This document shows, one piece after another, positions 37,401 through 49,789 of a DNA stretch of 64,000 nt. Under the pieces are notes generated by a model. It was not told the DNA's origin. It searched no databases and saw nothing but the letters and a program-made list of their open reading frames with translations. Positions within the stretch are counted from its first letter, which is position 1, and every line of letters starts with the position of its first letter. This DNA comes from Dicyema japonicum (lineage: Eukaryota; Animalia; Dicyemida), in contig RDEW01000004.1 in assembly GCA_011109175.1 (NCBI GenBank), positions 2,133,875 to 2,197,874 on the forward strand, written 5' to 3'. Both the position numbers and the translations under genes were made by a program.

Positions 37401-38195
37401 AATAAAAAAACACGAAAAAGTGGCTTAAACGAACACATTGATACATTCATATATCATGTTAAAGGAATATCTGATACAGGAATAATTGATTTAGAAGGAG
37501 AAGATGGAAGTGTGATTCTAGAAAATAGCAGAGACTTAGCAAAGCTAGAATAATTTTACAATATAAATTTCTCAATTTTTTCTAATAAAAACAGTTATTA
37601 TTATTTTTGATCATTTATAATAGCATTAGAGTTAGGAGTTCTAAGGCTTTCAGCTTTGCATTAGAGTTAGGAAAATTTAGGGATATATATTAGAGTTATA
37701 CAACGAACAGAACGTAAGAAAACTAACAATTTGACGAGACACAGCTGAAACACACAATTTGAATTGAAATAGCAAAATCACCAATGTAACTAAGAGAAAA
37801 AGTATCCATTAAGTCAGGGATGTCGAACTCATTTCCCTTTGAGGACCCCATTGACAAGCTGATAGTCGGCTCGATATACTGGTTGTAGAAATGCTCAAAT
37901 ACCGAGTTGTAAGATCTTCTGTAATGTCCAAGGAGGACCTTCACGAAGTTTCTTTGAGAAGAATATAGCATGTTATTTGATGCGTCCCGAAAATCATCAG
38001 GAAAAATCATTTAGTGACGCTTTTCTGTTTAGCAGAAATTTTAATTTAATGAAATTTATATTATCAATAATTAAAATGATGGATATTATAATTTTTTAAT
38101 GTTGTGGATAATTTGACTAGTTTAAAGCAAACTTTGTTCAGATATATAACTTCATTTTTTTCAAAAATTTAAAGTTCAATCATTAATTCGGACGA
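34449..38195. repeat. Segmental duplicate of 20117-23851
   Basis: Colinear hAT, LINE, RT fragment, Ginger-like and hAT-end content; duplicated ORF pairs are visible in the ORF track. Confidence 0.95.
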
Positions 38196-38201
38196 AAAAG
38201 T

Positions 38202-39062
38202 ATATACGTGTTGGAAATTTAATTTCAAAGAAAATTGAATTGCGAAGAGGGGTTCCACAGGGTTCAATTCTCAGTCCGCTACTCTTCAATTGCGTAATGA
38301 GAGATTTGCCAAAAACAGAGAGCGTAAATAGTCAAATGATTATTTATGCTGATGACATTCTTGTGCTTGATTCAAGCATGAATAAACAAATTTCATAGAA
38401 AAGGGTGGAATCCTATATTACTAAGATTGGAAAGTGGTGCCAAAACAATGGGTTTACTCTATCGAGGGAAAAAAACAACAGTCACTTGGATTGCAAGTAA
38501 AAGAATAAATATTAATCAATGTGTGAATACTGGGGATATAAAAATCTCTGAAACATTGAAGTATCTCGGATTGTTGATAGACCGAAGAGGATCTTTCAAG
38601 GAACATATTAAAACACGAAGAAAGAAAGCTACAGGAATGTTGAAATCTTTAATTCGATTTCATTTGGAGCCAGAAACTTTTCTTTTTGTGTATTCGGCGT
38701 GTGTTGAACCATTCTTGATATATGGTTATCAAGGATGGTTTAGAACAAAAGAAAGTGATGTCTTTGTCAAAAAATTGGAAAAGTCCAGAAGATTTGCGAT
38801 TAAATTGGCATATGGACTGGACTTAAAATCTAATATCGAAGAGGATTACGACCTGAAAGTCAGAAAGATAGAAAAATTATTACATCACTTATGGAAAATG
38901 TGATGTAATTTTTGGGGTCCAAACGAAGTAGAGACATGTGGTGTCTCATAAAATGACCCTACACGATGAATACAAACCCACTTTATTAGTTTTGGTTCAG
39001 GTTTTGGTTTCTTTACAGTAATTAGTTTTGGGTTTGTTAGAAAATAAAATTTGTCTTGTCTT
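38202..39062 (+). mobile_element. 5'-truncated family B copy (duplicate of 28318-29178)
   Basis: Same truncation point and tail; TGG changed to TAG near 38396 plus a frameshift; bounded by 12-mers. Confidence 0.92.
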
Positions 39063-39074
39063 GGACGAAAAAGT

Positions 39075-42000
39075 AATAAGGAATTTTTCCGAATTTTGGT
39101 TGCCATGGTTGTTTCAAGAAAGGCGAAAGTTTCAACGAAAAATGGAAACTCCTCTCGTCCCCCGGGGGCTGCTACTGCTCAGTCATTTGCTCTGGAAAAC
39201 AAGACGCCGCAAAAGGCAGAACCTCCTAAACCTGCCAATGAACCAACGAAGTACGACTCTTCAGTTATGAATAAACCATCAAACGAACCAAATCCCACAG
39301 AAAACTTGTCCGTGCTGATAACAGTGAATTCCGCCACCAGTGCAATAAGGATTGCGAACACACTATACCTCTATGACCAACACGGATGCATGAGGATGAG
39401 CCACAGAGGACCGGGCTCCTTCCGTCTGGACTTCCGAGACAACTCACACATGGCCACCTACATGGAGGCCATAAATGAGACCTGTCCCTTTGGTCTGGAC
39501 AACCACCACTTTAGGGCAATCTCATCCAAACCATCTGAGATTGTCCTGAGGAACCTTCCGTTCTGGGTGAGGGAGGACGACCTCTTGGACTACCTACAGG
39601 AAATGGCTCCCTCAACTACGAAAGTGACCCGAATGTCCAAAGGATCGCGGCCCATGCCAATGGCGATGGCCACGATTAAGAATAGACCTGAAGCCACATC
39701 GTTAATACGTTGTGGTTTCTACATTGGAGTGAACAAAATATCCTGCGAGTGGAAGAGAAGAGGACCGCCGATCTGTTATAAATGTCAGCAGATAGGTCAC
39801 TTCTCATACCAGTGCACAGGAAAGCAAAGATGTCTACGTTGCGCGGGAGAACACGATATCTCCAAATGTACTATAAATATGGATTCTGAACGGAAATGTA
39901 TCAATTGTGGGTCTGCCAAACACGGTGCGAGGTATGAAGGATGCCCTGTGCTTGTGGAGGCCAGGCGAAAGCTCATTCCCAAATCCAAAAAGCAGATGTG
40001 AAACCTATGAACGACATAGACGACAAGGTTGAGACGCTACCACGAAAAAGAACTGTTGGTCCAAGTGTTAACAAGCCGTCTCAGCTAATCTACCAAAGAA
40101 ATCGGCATGGCAAACCAGAGGAAAATACCAGGAAGAATCAAAGAAGAACTATATGAAATTATTACAAGACTGAGAGAACTTAGTGTTACTTTGGGAGTGG
40201 ATTTACGGGAAATGGTGGACCTGGCCATGGAGAGCCCGGGCCACCAAAAAGAAATCTGAAAAGAATCCTAAAGTTAGTGCTGGTGAATGCCCGCTCCTTG
40301 GTGAAAAGGCATGATGAACTAGCACTACTTATGAGGACTGCCAAGGCAGATGTCTTGGTAGTCAACGAGACGAAGATTCGAGAAGGAAGGCATTATATTC
40401 TGGAAGGATATGACTCAGTGGACATTCCATGGAAAGATGGAGCAGTTGCTGGAACAGGAACCTCAATCTTCTTTCATAAACTATTGCAAACTCGAAACGA
40501 CTGCATTATATCGGCCGACGATTCGGAATTCGTGTCTGTCGACGTGCAATGTGGTGGAACGTGGATAACCGTGGGAGGGCTATATTCTAAGGACTTGGCC
40601 CGGTCCTCTGTGAAAATTGTCGAGTTCTTCGAAAGAAACCCAATGTCGATCCTGGTGGGAGATTTGAACGCCAAGAACAGGACCTATGGATGCTATGGAA
40701 ACAACAGGGACGGTCAACTACTAGCAGATTTGGTCGGGGAAATTGGAGTCGAAGTCTTAACGACCGAAGAACCTAACCACTTCTCATACTACGGGGGTGA
40801 TATGCTGGGATTGGCCTTAGTATCTCCACAATTACTAGACCATGTAAACAGGCCAAGGTTACTCTGGGATATAGGGAGTGACCATATCCCTATGGAGATG
40901 ACTATAAATCTTGAACCGGATATTATTGAAGACATTTTTCTGTATTATGATACCTCGTCGGTAGACTGGGAACATTATCGTCATTATTTATCGAAGAGTA
41001 TGTTAATGAAGATTAATTATTCCTTTTCTACACATAATGAGTTGGATTCTTTCAACCAAGATTTATCCAATACTATTACGATGTATCTGCGATTATATGC
41101 AAAGAAGATTTACTCAAAAATCCTTCCGAAAACGAATCAGTCCTGCCCTCCCTCTATTCGGGTCTTATTCGCGAGAGGAATACTCTGAAGACGAAACACA
41201 GACGATGTGTGGACATGTGGGACAGGATAACTTTGAAAAACAATATCGATGCTATCCAAAAAGTTATACAAAGAGCCTGGAAGTTGTATTCCGAAAACCA
41301 AGTTAGGAAAGCAGCCTCGAAAGTGCACCGGAAGAATCCTTGCTTCTGGAAATTGTACTCCAGACTGACCAACAAAAATTTGAGAGCAAAGAACATTGTA
41401 CTGGCGGATCAAGATGGAAGAACAATTCCCCTGGACAGAGTACCGTCAGTATTCAGGAAACAATTAGAAAACATACAGGGAGTAGACCCAGTCAGTATTA
41501 TATCTGAAAAATTCTCAGAAGATATATCTAGCTCTATGGATTACTCCATAGACGATCTGAATAGTATGGTAGAGGAAATCACATTGGCAGAAGTCAAGAC
41601 TGCTATACGGGAGTGCAAAAACAAGGCTCCTGGTTTTGATAGCATTCCGATGACTATGTTTAAAGAAGGATCCGATGAATTTCTATCTGTTCTACAAAAG
41701 ATGTATAACGCAAGTTTCAAGCTCGGACATTCCCCTTCACTATGGAAGCACTCAATTGTAAAGATGATCCCTAAACCTGGAAAGTCGAGGAAAGATCCTC
41801 TTAGTTATAGGCCTATAAGCCTTATCTGTTCTACATCGAAGATTATGGAACGGATTATTTTCAAGAAATTGAATCAATATATAGAAAAGATTAATTTTCT
41901 ACAGTGTTACCAATGGGGTTTTCGGCCAGGGAGATCGTGCGGAAATTGCATTCACTCTCTAAACTATGAGATTGCAAATGCTTTTGAGAAGAGGAGCCAG

Positions 42001-42975
42001 TTGAGCCTTGTCTGCCTTGACATCTCTAAGGCTTTCGACAGGGTATGGCACGAGGCCTTATTCTGTCAATTGGTTCGATCAAAAATTTCAAGAAAAATGT
42101 TCCTGTGGCTGAAGAACCTGTTGACTGGGAGGATATCAAACGTGGTGGTTGGTGGAAGATATTCCGAAGATATATTGTTTAAAAGGGAGTGCCGCAGGGG
42201 TCTATTCTAAGCCCTCTATTATTCAACATATTTATGGAAGATTTTCCTTCTCCACAAAACGTTAGGACCAAGCTGATGATTTATGCGGATGACATCTTAA
42301 TCCTAGACTCATCTCTGAAGGCCTACATCTCTGAGCGACGAATCGGGGCTTTTGTCGACAGAGTTCGGACATGGTGCGATAGGAGAGGGATGAAACTATC
42401 CACAGAAAAATCCAGTTACTTGCGAATATGCAGGCTGGGTCGACACCAGAGAGAGATGTATACGCTACGGATACCGAGAGTCTCTAGCCTGAAATACCTG
42501 GGGATTGCAGTGGATGGAAGAGGATCGTACCGGAAGGACATCGAGGAGCGGAGAAGAAGGCCGTTCAAGCGATGTTCTGCTCCAGAAAACTTATGCTGGA
42601 CGCCGATACAATGCTCTATATCTTCCAAACTGTGATTCTCCCAAGACTGATATATGGATGCGAGGGATGGTATTATACTCCCTCGAGAGAAAGGATTCTC
42701 GCTCGCCTGGAGAAAACAAGGCGAGCGGCGATAAAAATATCTCTGGGGAGGAAATTACATGAAAGCCTCTCCGAGGAAGAGAATAGCCTTGTCAGGCCGG
42801 TTAAAATAGATATCGAAGCAAGGTTGGGAAACCAGCTTCTCAATACGTACTAAATGGACGACTAAAATGGAGATGGGATACGTGTGAAGTGTCCAGGCCG
42901 CAAAGGCGGACACGTTAAAATCCCTTTAATTAACTCCTTACTTACTTTGGAATAAATTTGATTGATTTGATTTTT
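39075..42975 (+). mobile_element. Family C copy 2
   Basis: Colinear with 29191-33103. ORF1 starts at 39105 and ORF2 ends at 42853, with frameshifts at different positions from copy 1. Confidence 0.93.
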
Positions 42976-45900
42976 GAACAGTGGTGCCACTGGTGAAAAG
43001 TGGTGCCACTTGGTGCTAAAAGACGAAGAAATATACTTCGAGTGAGAAACATACTTCAGACCTAATGGAGATGTGTTGAAAGATGTTGTTTTGTTCTGAT
43101 TCACATAGAAGATCGCAGTGTCCAGTTAAACAATAATAAGTTTTTGAATTGTGGTTAATTCATCGAGTTTGCCAATTATGGAAGATGTCCCAAGGCTGTT
43201 GAAGCTAACATAGCGAAAAAAAAACAAAATTGACCAAAAAGGAAAGAATAGAATGGAAAATTATCTCTAAAACGAGAAAATGCCCATAATGGAGAAAGTG
43301 AAGTTTCCAAAATTGGAACGAATAAGAAATTAAAACTGGCTGGAATAGGACATATAATAAGAAACATTCTAAAAAAGAAACAGTAGAAGCTTCAATACAG
43401 AGAAGAGAGGGCAGCCACCGAAAAAAAAAACCAGAAGTAGTCAGGATAACCCTGATTAATGCCCGTTCTCTTTGGAAACGGGCCTCAGTGCTGGTTGCTA
43501 TAGCCAGCACGATCCAGATGGAAGTTCTAATTATAAACGAAACTAAATTATGGAAGATGCCCCAAGGCTGTTGAAGCTAACATTGCGAAGAAAAACAAAA
43601 TTGACCAAAAAAGTAAAGAATCGAATGGAAAATTATCTCTAAAACGAGAAAATGCCCATAATGGAAAAAGTGAAGTTTCCAAAATTGGAACGAATAAGAA
43701 ATTAAAGTCAGAGTTTAGAATGTATCGGCAGACTGGCTGGAATACGACATATAATAAGAAACCTTCTAAAAAAGAAACTGTAGAAGCTTCAACACAGACA
43801 AGCAGTCTTGATGAGAGTGACCAGGCGGAAGCACCTGTTAGAAAAGTGACTTTTGGAGTTGCTACACAGACTGTCGAGACTCACTCAAACATCTTGTCTG
43901 AAAATGAAGAAGTAGTAGCTTCCAACTCGATTCTTGACAAGTTGGAGAGAAGCATTAAAGATATGACTAGAACAAAAAAGGATTCTAAATTTTTACTAGA
44001 TTTGGTGGCGCTCTTAAGAAGAGAGGGCAGTCACCAAAAAAACCAGAAGTAGTCAGGATAACCCTGATTAATGCCCGTTCTCTTCGGAAACGGGCCTCAG
44101 TGCTGGTTGCTCTAGCCAGCACGATCCAGATGGATGTTCTAATTATAAAAGCAACTAAATTGAAGCACATGGATTGGATTTAGCACTGAAATTGATGACG
44201 AATACGAAAGAAAAACAAGAAGAATCGGTGATTTATTACATTGCTTGTGGAAACTCGCATTGTAATTGGGGCTTTTTACGGAGAAGAGAAATACGGTGTC
44301 TCATGAGAGTGCCCCGATATAGACGACCCCAAATCTTGGCTTTCCTCTTTAGTTAAAGGCTCTTACCTTGTTTAGTTAGTTGGGGTTTTGCGAATAAATC
44401 ATGTTATCTGTTATCTATCCGAGCGGCAACCGTGGTCCCACTAGTGAATAGGTGGAGCCACTGCTGCTACAAGACGAAGAAATATACTACGAGTTTGAGA
44501 AACATACTTTAGGCTTAATGGAGATGTGTCGAAAGATGCTTTTTGTTCTGATTCACATAGAAGAGCGCAGTGTCCGGTTACAAACAATAATAAGTCCTTT
44601 GAATTGTGGTTCATCCATCAAATTTGCCAATTATGGAAGATGTCCCAAGGCTGTTGAAGCTAACATAGCGAAAAAAAAACAAAATTGACCAAAAAGGAAA
44701 AATCGAATGAAAAATTATCTCTAAAACGAGAAAATGCCCATAATGGAGAAAGTGAAGTTTCCAAAATTGGAACGAATAAGAAATTAAAGTCAGAGTTTAG
44801 AATGTATGGGCAGACTGGCTGGAATACGACATATAATAAGAAACCTTCTAAAAAAGAAACAATAGAAGCTTCAACACAGAGAATAGAGTGGTGCTCTTAA
44901 GAAGAGAGGGCAGCCACCGAAAAAACCAGAAGTAGTCAGGATAACCCTGATTAATGCCCGTTCTCTTCGAAAACGGGCCTCAGTGCTGGTTGCTATATAG
45001 CCAGCACGATCCAGATGGAAGTTCTAATTATAAAGCAACTAAATTGAAGCACATGGATTGGATTTAGCACTGAAATTGATGACGAATACGAAAGAAAAAC
45101 AAGAAGAATCGGTGATTTATTACATTGCTTGTGGAAACTCGCATTGTAATTGGGGCTTTTTACGGAGAAGAGAAATACGGTGTCTCATGAGAGTGCCCCG
45201 ATATAGACGACCCCAAATCTTGGCTTTCCTCTTTAGTTAATGGCTCTTACCTTGTTTAGTTAGTTGGGGTTTTGCGAATAAATCATGTTATCTGTTATCT
45301 ATCGAGCGGCAACCGTGGTCCCACTAGTGAATAGGTGGAGCCACTGCTGCTACAAGACGAAGAAATATACTACGAGTTTGAGAAACATACTTTAGGCTTA
45401 ATGGAGATGTGTCGAAAGATGCTTTTTGTTCTGATTCACATAGAAGATCGCAGTGTCCGGTTACAAACAATAATAAGTCCTTTGAATTGTGGTTCATCCA
45501 TCAACTTTGCCAATTATGGAAGATGTCCCAAGGCTGTTGAAGCTAACATAGCGAAAAAAATACAAAATTGACCAAAAAGGAAAAATCGAATGAAAATTAT
45601 CTCTAAAACGAGAAAATGCCCATAATGGAGAAAGTGAAGTTTCCAAAATTGGAACGAATATGAAATTAAAACTGACTGGAATAGGACATATAGTAAGAAA
45701 CATTCTAAAAAAGAAACAGTAGAAGCTTCAATACAGAGAAGAGAGGGCAGCCACCGAAAAAAACCAGAAGTAGTCAGGATAACCCTGATTAATACCCGTT
45801 CTCTTTGGAAACGGGCCTCAGTGCTGGTTGATATAGCCAGCACGATCCAGATGGAAGTTCTAATTATAAACGAAACTAAATTATGGAAGATGTCCCAAGG

Positions 45901-48404
45901 CTGTTGAAGCTAACATTGCGAAGAAAAACAAAATTGACCAAAAAAGGAAAGAATCGAATGGAAAATTATTTCTAAAACGAGAAAATGCCCATAATGGAGA
46001 AAGTGAAGTTTCCAAAATTGGAACGAATAAGAAATTAAAACTGGCTGGAATAGGACATATATAAGAAACATTCTAAAAAAGAAACAGTAGAAGCTTCAAT
46101 ACAGATAAGAGAGGGCAGCCACCGAAAAAACCAGAAGTAGTCAGGATAAACCTGATTAATGCCCGTTCTCTTTGGAAACGGGCCTCAGTGCTGGTTGATA
46201 TAGCCAGCACGATCCAGATGGAAGTTCTAATTATAAACGAAACTAAATTATGGAAGATGCCCAAGGCTGTTGAAGCTAACATTGCGAAGAAAAACAAAAT
46301 TGACCAAAAAAGGAAAGAATCGAATGGAAAATTATTTCTAAAACGAGAAAATGCCCATAATGGAGAAAGTGAAGTTTCCAAAACTGGAACGAATAAGAAA
46401 TTAAAGTCAGAGTTTAGAATGTATGGGCAGACTGGCTGGAATACGACATATAATAAGAAACCTTCTAAAAAAGAAACAGTAGAAGCTTCAACACAGAGAA
46501 GAGAGTGGTGCTCTTAAGAAGAGAGGGCAGCCACCGAAAAAACCAGAAGTAGTCAGGATAACCCTGATTAATGCCCGTTCTCTTCGGAAACGGGCCTCAG
46601 TGCTGGTTGCTATAGCCAGCACGATCCAGATGGAAGTTCTAATTATAAATGAAACTAAATTGAAGCACATGGATTGGATTTAGCATCTGAAATTGATGAC
46701 GAATACGAAAGAAAAACGAGAAGAATGGTGATTTATTACATTGCTTGTGGAAACTCGCATTGTAATTGGGGCTTTTTACGGAGAAGAGACATACGGTGTC
46801 TCATGAGAGTGCCCCGATAGAGACGACCCCAAATCTTGGCTTTCCTCTTTAGTTAATGGCTCTTACCTTGTTTAGTTAGTTGGGGTTTTGCGAATAAATC
46901 ATGTTATCTGTTATCTTATCGAGCGGAACCGTGGTCCACTAATGAAAAATTGGTGCCACTGGTGCTACAAGACGAAGAAATATACTACGAGTTTGAGAAA
47001 CATACTTCAGGGCTAATGGAAATGTGTCCGAAAGATGCTTTTTGTTCTGATTCACATAGAAGATCGCAGTGTTCCGGTTAAAAACAATAATAAGTCCTTT
47101 GAATTGTGGTTCATCATCAACTTTGCCAATTATGGAAGATGTCCCAAGGCTGTTGAAGCTAACATAGCGAAAAAAAATACAAAATTGACCAAAAAGGAAA
47201 AAATCGAATGAAAAATTATCTCTAAAACGAGAAAATGCCCATAATGGAGAAAGTGAAGTTTCCAAAATTGGAACGAATAATGAAATTAAAACTGACTGGA
47301 ATAGGACATATAGTAAGAAACATTCTAAAAGAAACAGTAGAAGCTTCAATACAGAGAAGAGAGGGCAGCCACAGAAAAAAATCCAGAACTAGTCAGGATA
47401 ACACTGATAAATGCCCGTTCTCTTTGGAAACGGGCCTCAGTGCTGGTTGCTATAGCCAGCACGATCCAGATGGAAGTTCTAATTATAAACGAAACTAAAT
47501 TATGGAAGATGCCCAAGGCTGTTGAAGCTAACATTGCGAAGAAAAACAAAATTGACCAAAAAGGAACGAATCGAATGGAAAATTATTTCTAAAACGAGAA
47601 AATGCCCATAATGGAGAAAGTGAAGTTTCCAAAATTGGAACGAATAAGAAATTAAAACTGGCTGGAATAGGACATATAGTAAGAAACATTCTAAAAAAGA
47701 AACAGTAGAAGCTTCAATACAGAGAAGAGAGGGCAGCCACCGAAAAAAAAACCAGAAGTAGTCAGGATAACCCTGATTAATGCCCGTTCTTTTTGGAAAC
47801 GGGCCTCAGTGCTGGTTGCTATAGCCATCACGATCCAGATGGAATTTCTAATTATAAACGAAACTAAATTATGGAAGATGCCCAAGGCTGTTGAAGCTAA
47901 CATTGCGAAAAAACAAAATTGACCAAAAAAGGAAAGAATCGAATGGAAAATTATTTCTAAAACGAGAAAATGCCCATAATGGAGAAAGTGAAGTTTCCAA
48001 AATTGGAACGAATAAGAAATTAAAGTCAGAGTTTAGAATGTATGGGCAGACTGGCTGGAATACGACATATAATAAGAAACCTTCTAAAAAAGAAACAGTA
48101 GAAGCTTCAACACAGAGAAGAGAGTGGTGCTCTTAAGAAGAGAGGGCAGCCACCGAAAAAACCAGAAGTAGTCAGGATAACCCTGATTAATGCCCGTTCT
48201 CTTCGGAAAACGGGCCTCAGTGCTGGTTGCTATAGCCAGCACGATCCAGATGGAAGTTCTAATTATAAACGCAACTAAATTGAAGCACATGGATTGGATT
48301 TAGCACTGAAATTGATGACGAATACGAAAGAAAAACAAGAAGAATCGGTGATTTATTACATTGCTTGTGGAAACTCGCATTGTAATTGGGGCTTTTTACG
48401 GAGA
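42976..48404 (+). repeat. Satellite-like tandem array of deleted B' units
   Basis: About nine copies of the ORF1/ORF2 junction (near 43435, 44046, 44929, 45768, 46135, 46547, 47388, 47755, 48167). Short units are about 370-410 bp; long units are about 880 bp and end in TGTTATC tails. Confidence 0.92.
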
Positions 48405-48600
48405 AGTGATAGTAAATCCCCAACGAATCGTCCATCTGGAGATGTGATAGTAAATAGCTTTTCATCTTTTTGAGATAGTAATTGTAAGAGGAGTCTGAAG
48501 TTGCAAGGTGGTGGTGATAATATTTTCATAGATTAATAGTATTGGTTGTAAAGTGGCAAAAAAGTGGAATTTGACTTGTGCTATAGAACTTCAAATTCAT
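48405..48600 (-). mobile_element. Possible hAT dimerisation-domain remnant; related sequence at about 63060-63260
   Basis: LATSDSS...KKMKSYLLSHLQMDDSL loosely resembles the hAT C-terminal pattern. 48420-48530 is similar at the nucleotide level to 63121-63230. Confidence 0.35.
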
Positions 48601-48835
48601 CATAAATGAATTAAACAAGTGCATAGATATCCACAACCCTAAACAGTAACTGATTAAAATTCAACGCCAAAAATAACCCAAAATTGTCAATCATCGATAT
48701 TACTAAATTTTTCCTCTTCACGAAAGTACCCAATTTCACTCGAGCAATCTAATCCTTTTATTAAAAAGGTTATTATATTTTCCCCCCTTCAACCTATTCT
48801 TTGAATTCCCGCAGGCCACTCCAGACTTATCGTAT

Positions 48836-49653
48836 CTAAAGTCTGTTCACTAATAGTGTTTCCTCTCCATCCACCACTAACGTGGCATCCTTCTGCTTTC
48901 TGAGAAGTGTATGATATTGTAGAGTAACCCGGATGTTTGAAAATTTTTGAATAAAGTTGCCAACGTAAATGTACATCATTAAGAAAGCCGACCATTCGAA
49001 AAAAAGCTGTTGTGCTGAGGAGAATCTAAAACTATGAATATCCGTACATTTGACCTCGCTGTGCAATATATAATAAACCGTAGACAAAAAACTAATTTAA
49101 ACAACGAAAATACACAAATGATGGCCAAAACGAAAAATGACGTCAATATGATCTGCAATCTGCAATGGAACTCTGAAAAATGATATGGATGTAGTTTGTA
49201 GATAATCACAGTCATTTAACGACATAGAAAACTGCAAGGAACCCAAATCCTATCAATCCGCCAATCCGATGGACTGATATGATAGATTTCTAAGAAATAA
49301 ACTTTTGGTACTTCAAAATTGACTATAACAACTAGTCCCACACGCAGATCAGAAAAAAGACAAGGCTAAATAAATTAAGTGTGTTTTTCTGTCCTCTTTT
49401 CTGTAGAAAAATCCTTATAAGGTCATATTGGATATAGAAAATCAGAATGTCTAAAAGTTATAACAAGGTTACTCAATGAGATTGATATATTCATGAAAAG
49501 TGAGAAAAACGAACTTTCAGGGCGATTTATGTAAAAATCACTAGAATTTTGATGTTTAGTATTACCTAATGTATGGAACCAATGGTTAAACTGTCTGCAG
49601 AGTCATCAAGTTCCTTCCAAAATACAGTGCCGACAATTCCTATGAAACCACAT
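48836..49653 (-). pseudogene. DRAM/TMEM150 (Frag1/DRAM/Sfk1) family membrane protein, frameshifted
   Basis: With 22-25-nt introns: MWFHR...PLVPYISD..NRPESSFFSLFMN, NLFSLVFFLI...VVIVNFE, VHRIGGLIGF, YKLHPY..SEFHCRLQII, FFEWSAFL...NFIQKF. Several 1-nt indels, an in-frame TAA and a short N-terminus. Confidence 0.72.
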
Positions 49654-49789
49654 AAAATTGATTTATAATTAAAATATTAGGATTCATTATATTTGGGTCA
49701 ATGTTTATTATTACGATATTTAATTTCCATTTTAATAATTAATTTTGTTTTAGAAATATAATTTTTTAAATGATCAATTTATCACGGGA

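Noticed and set aside
23852-48404. HeT-A/TART-like telomeric retrotransposon array
   Set aside because: Polarity is similar, but the array is internal, flanked by host genes on both sides, and shows target duplications rather than end addition.
43176-48465. Many 60-135 aa ORFs on both strands in the array
   Set aside because: They are frameshifted or antisense readings of the repeated B' unit.
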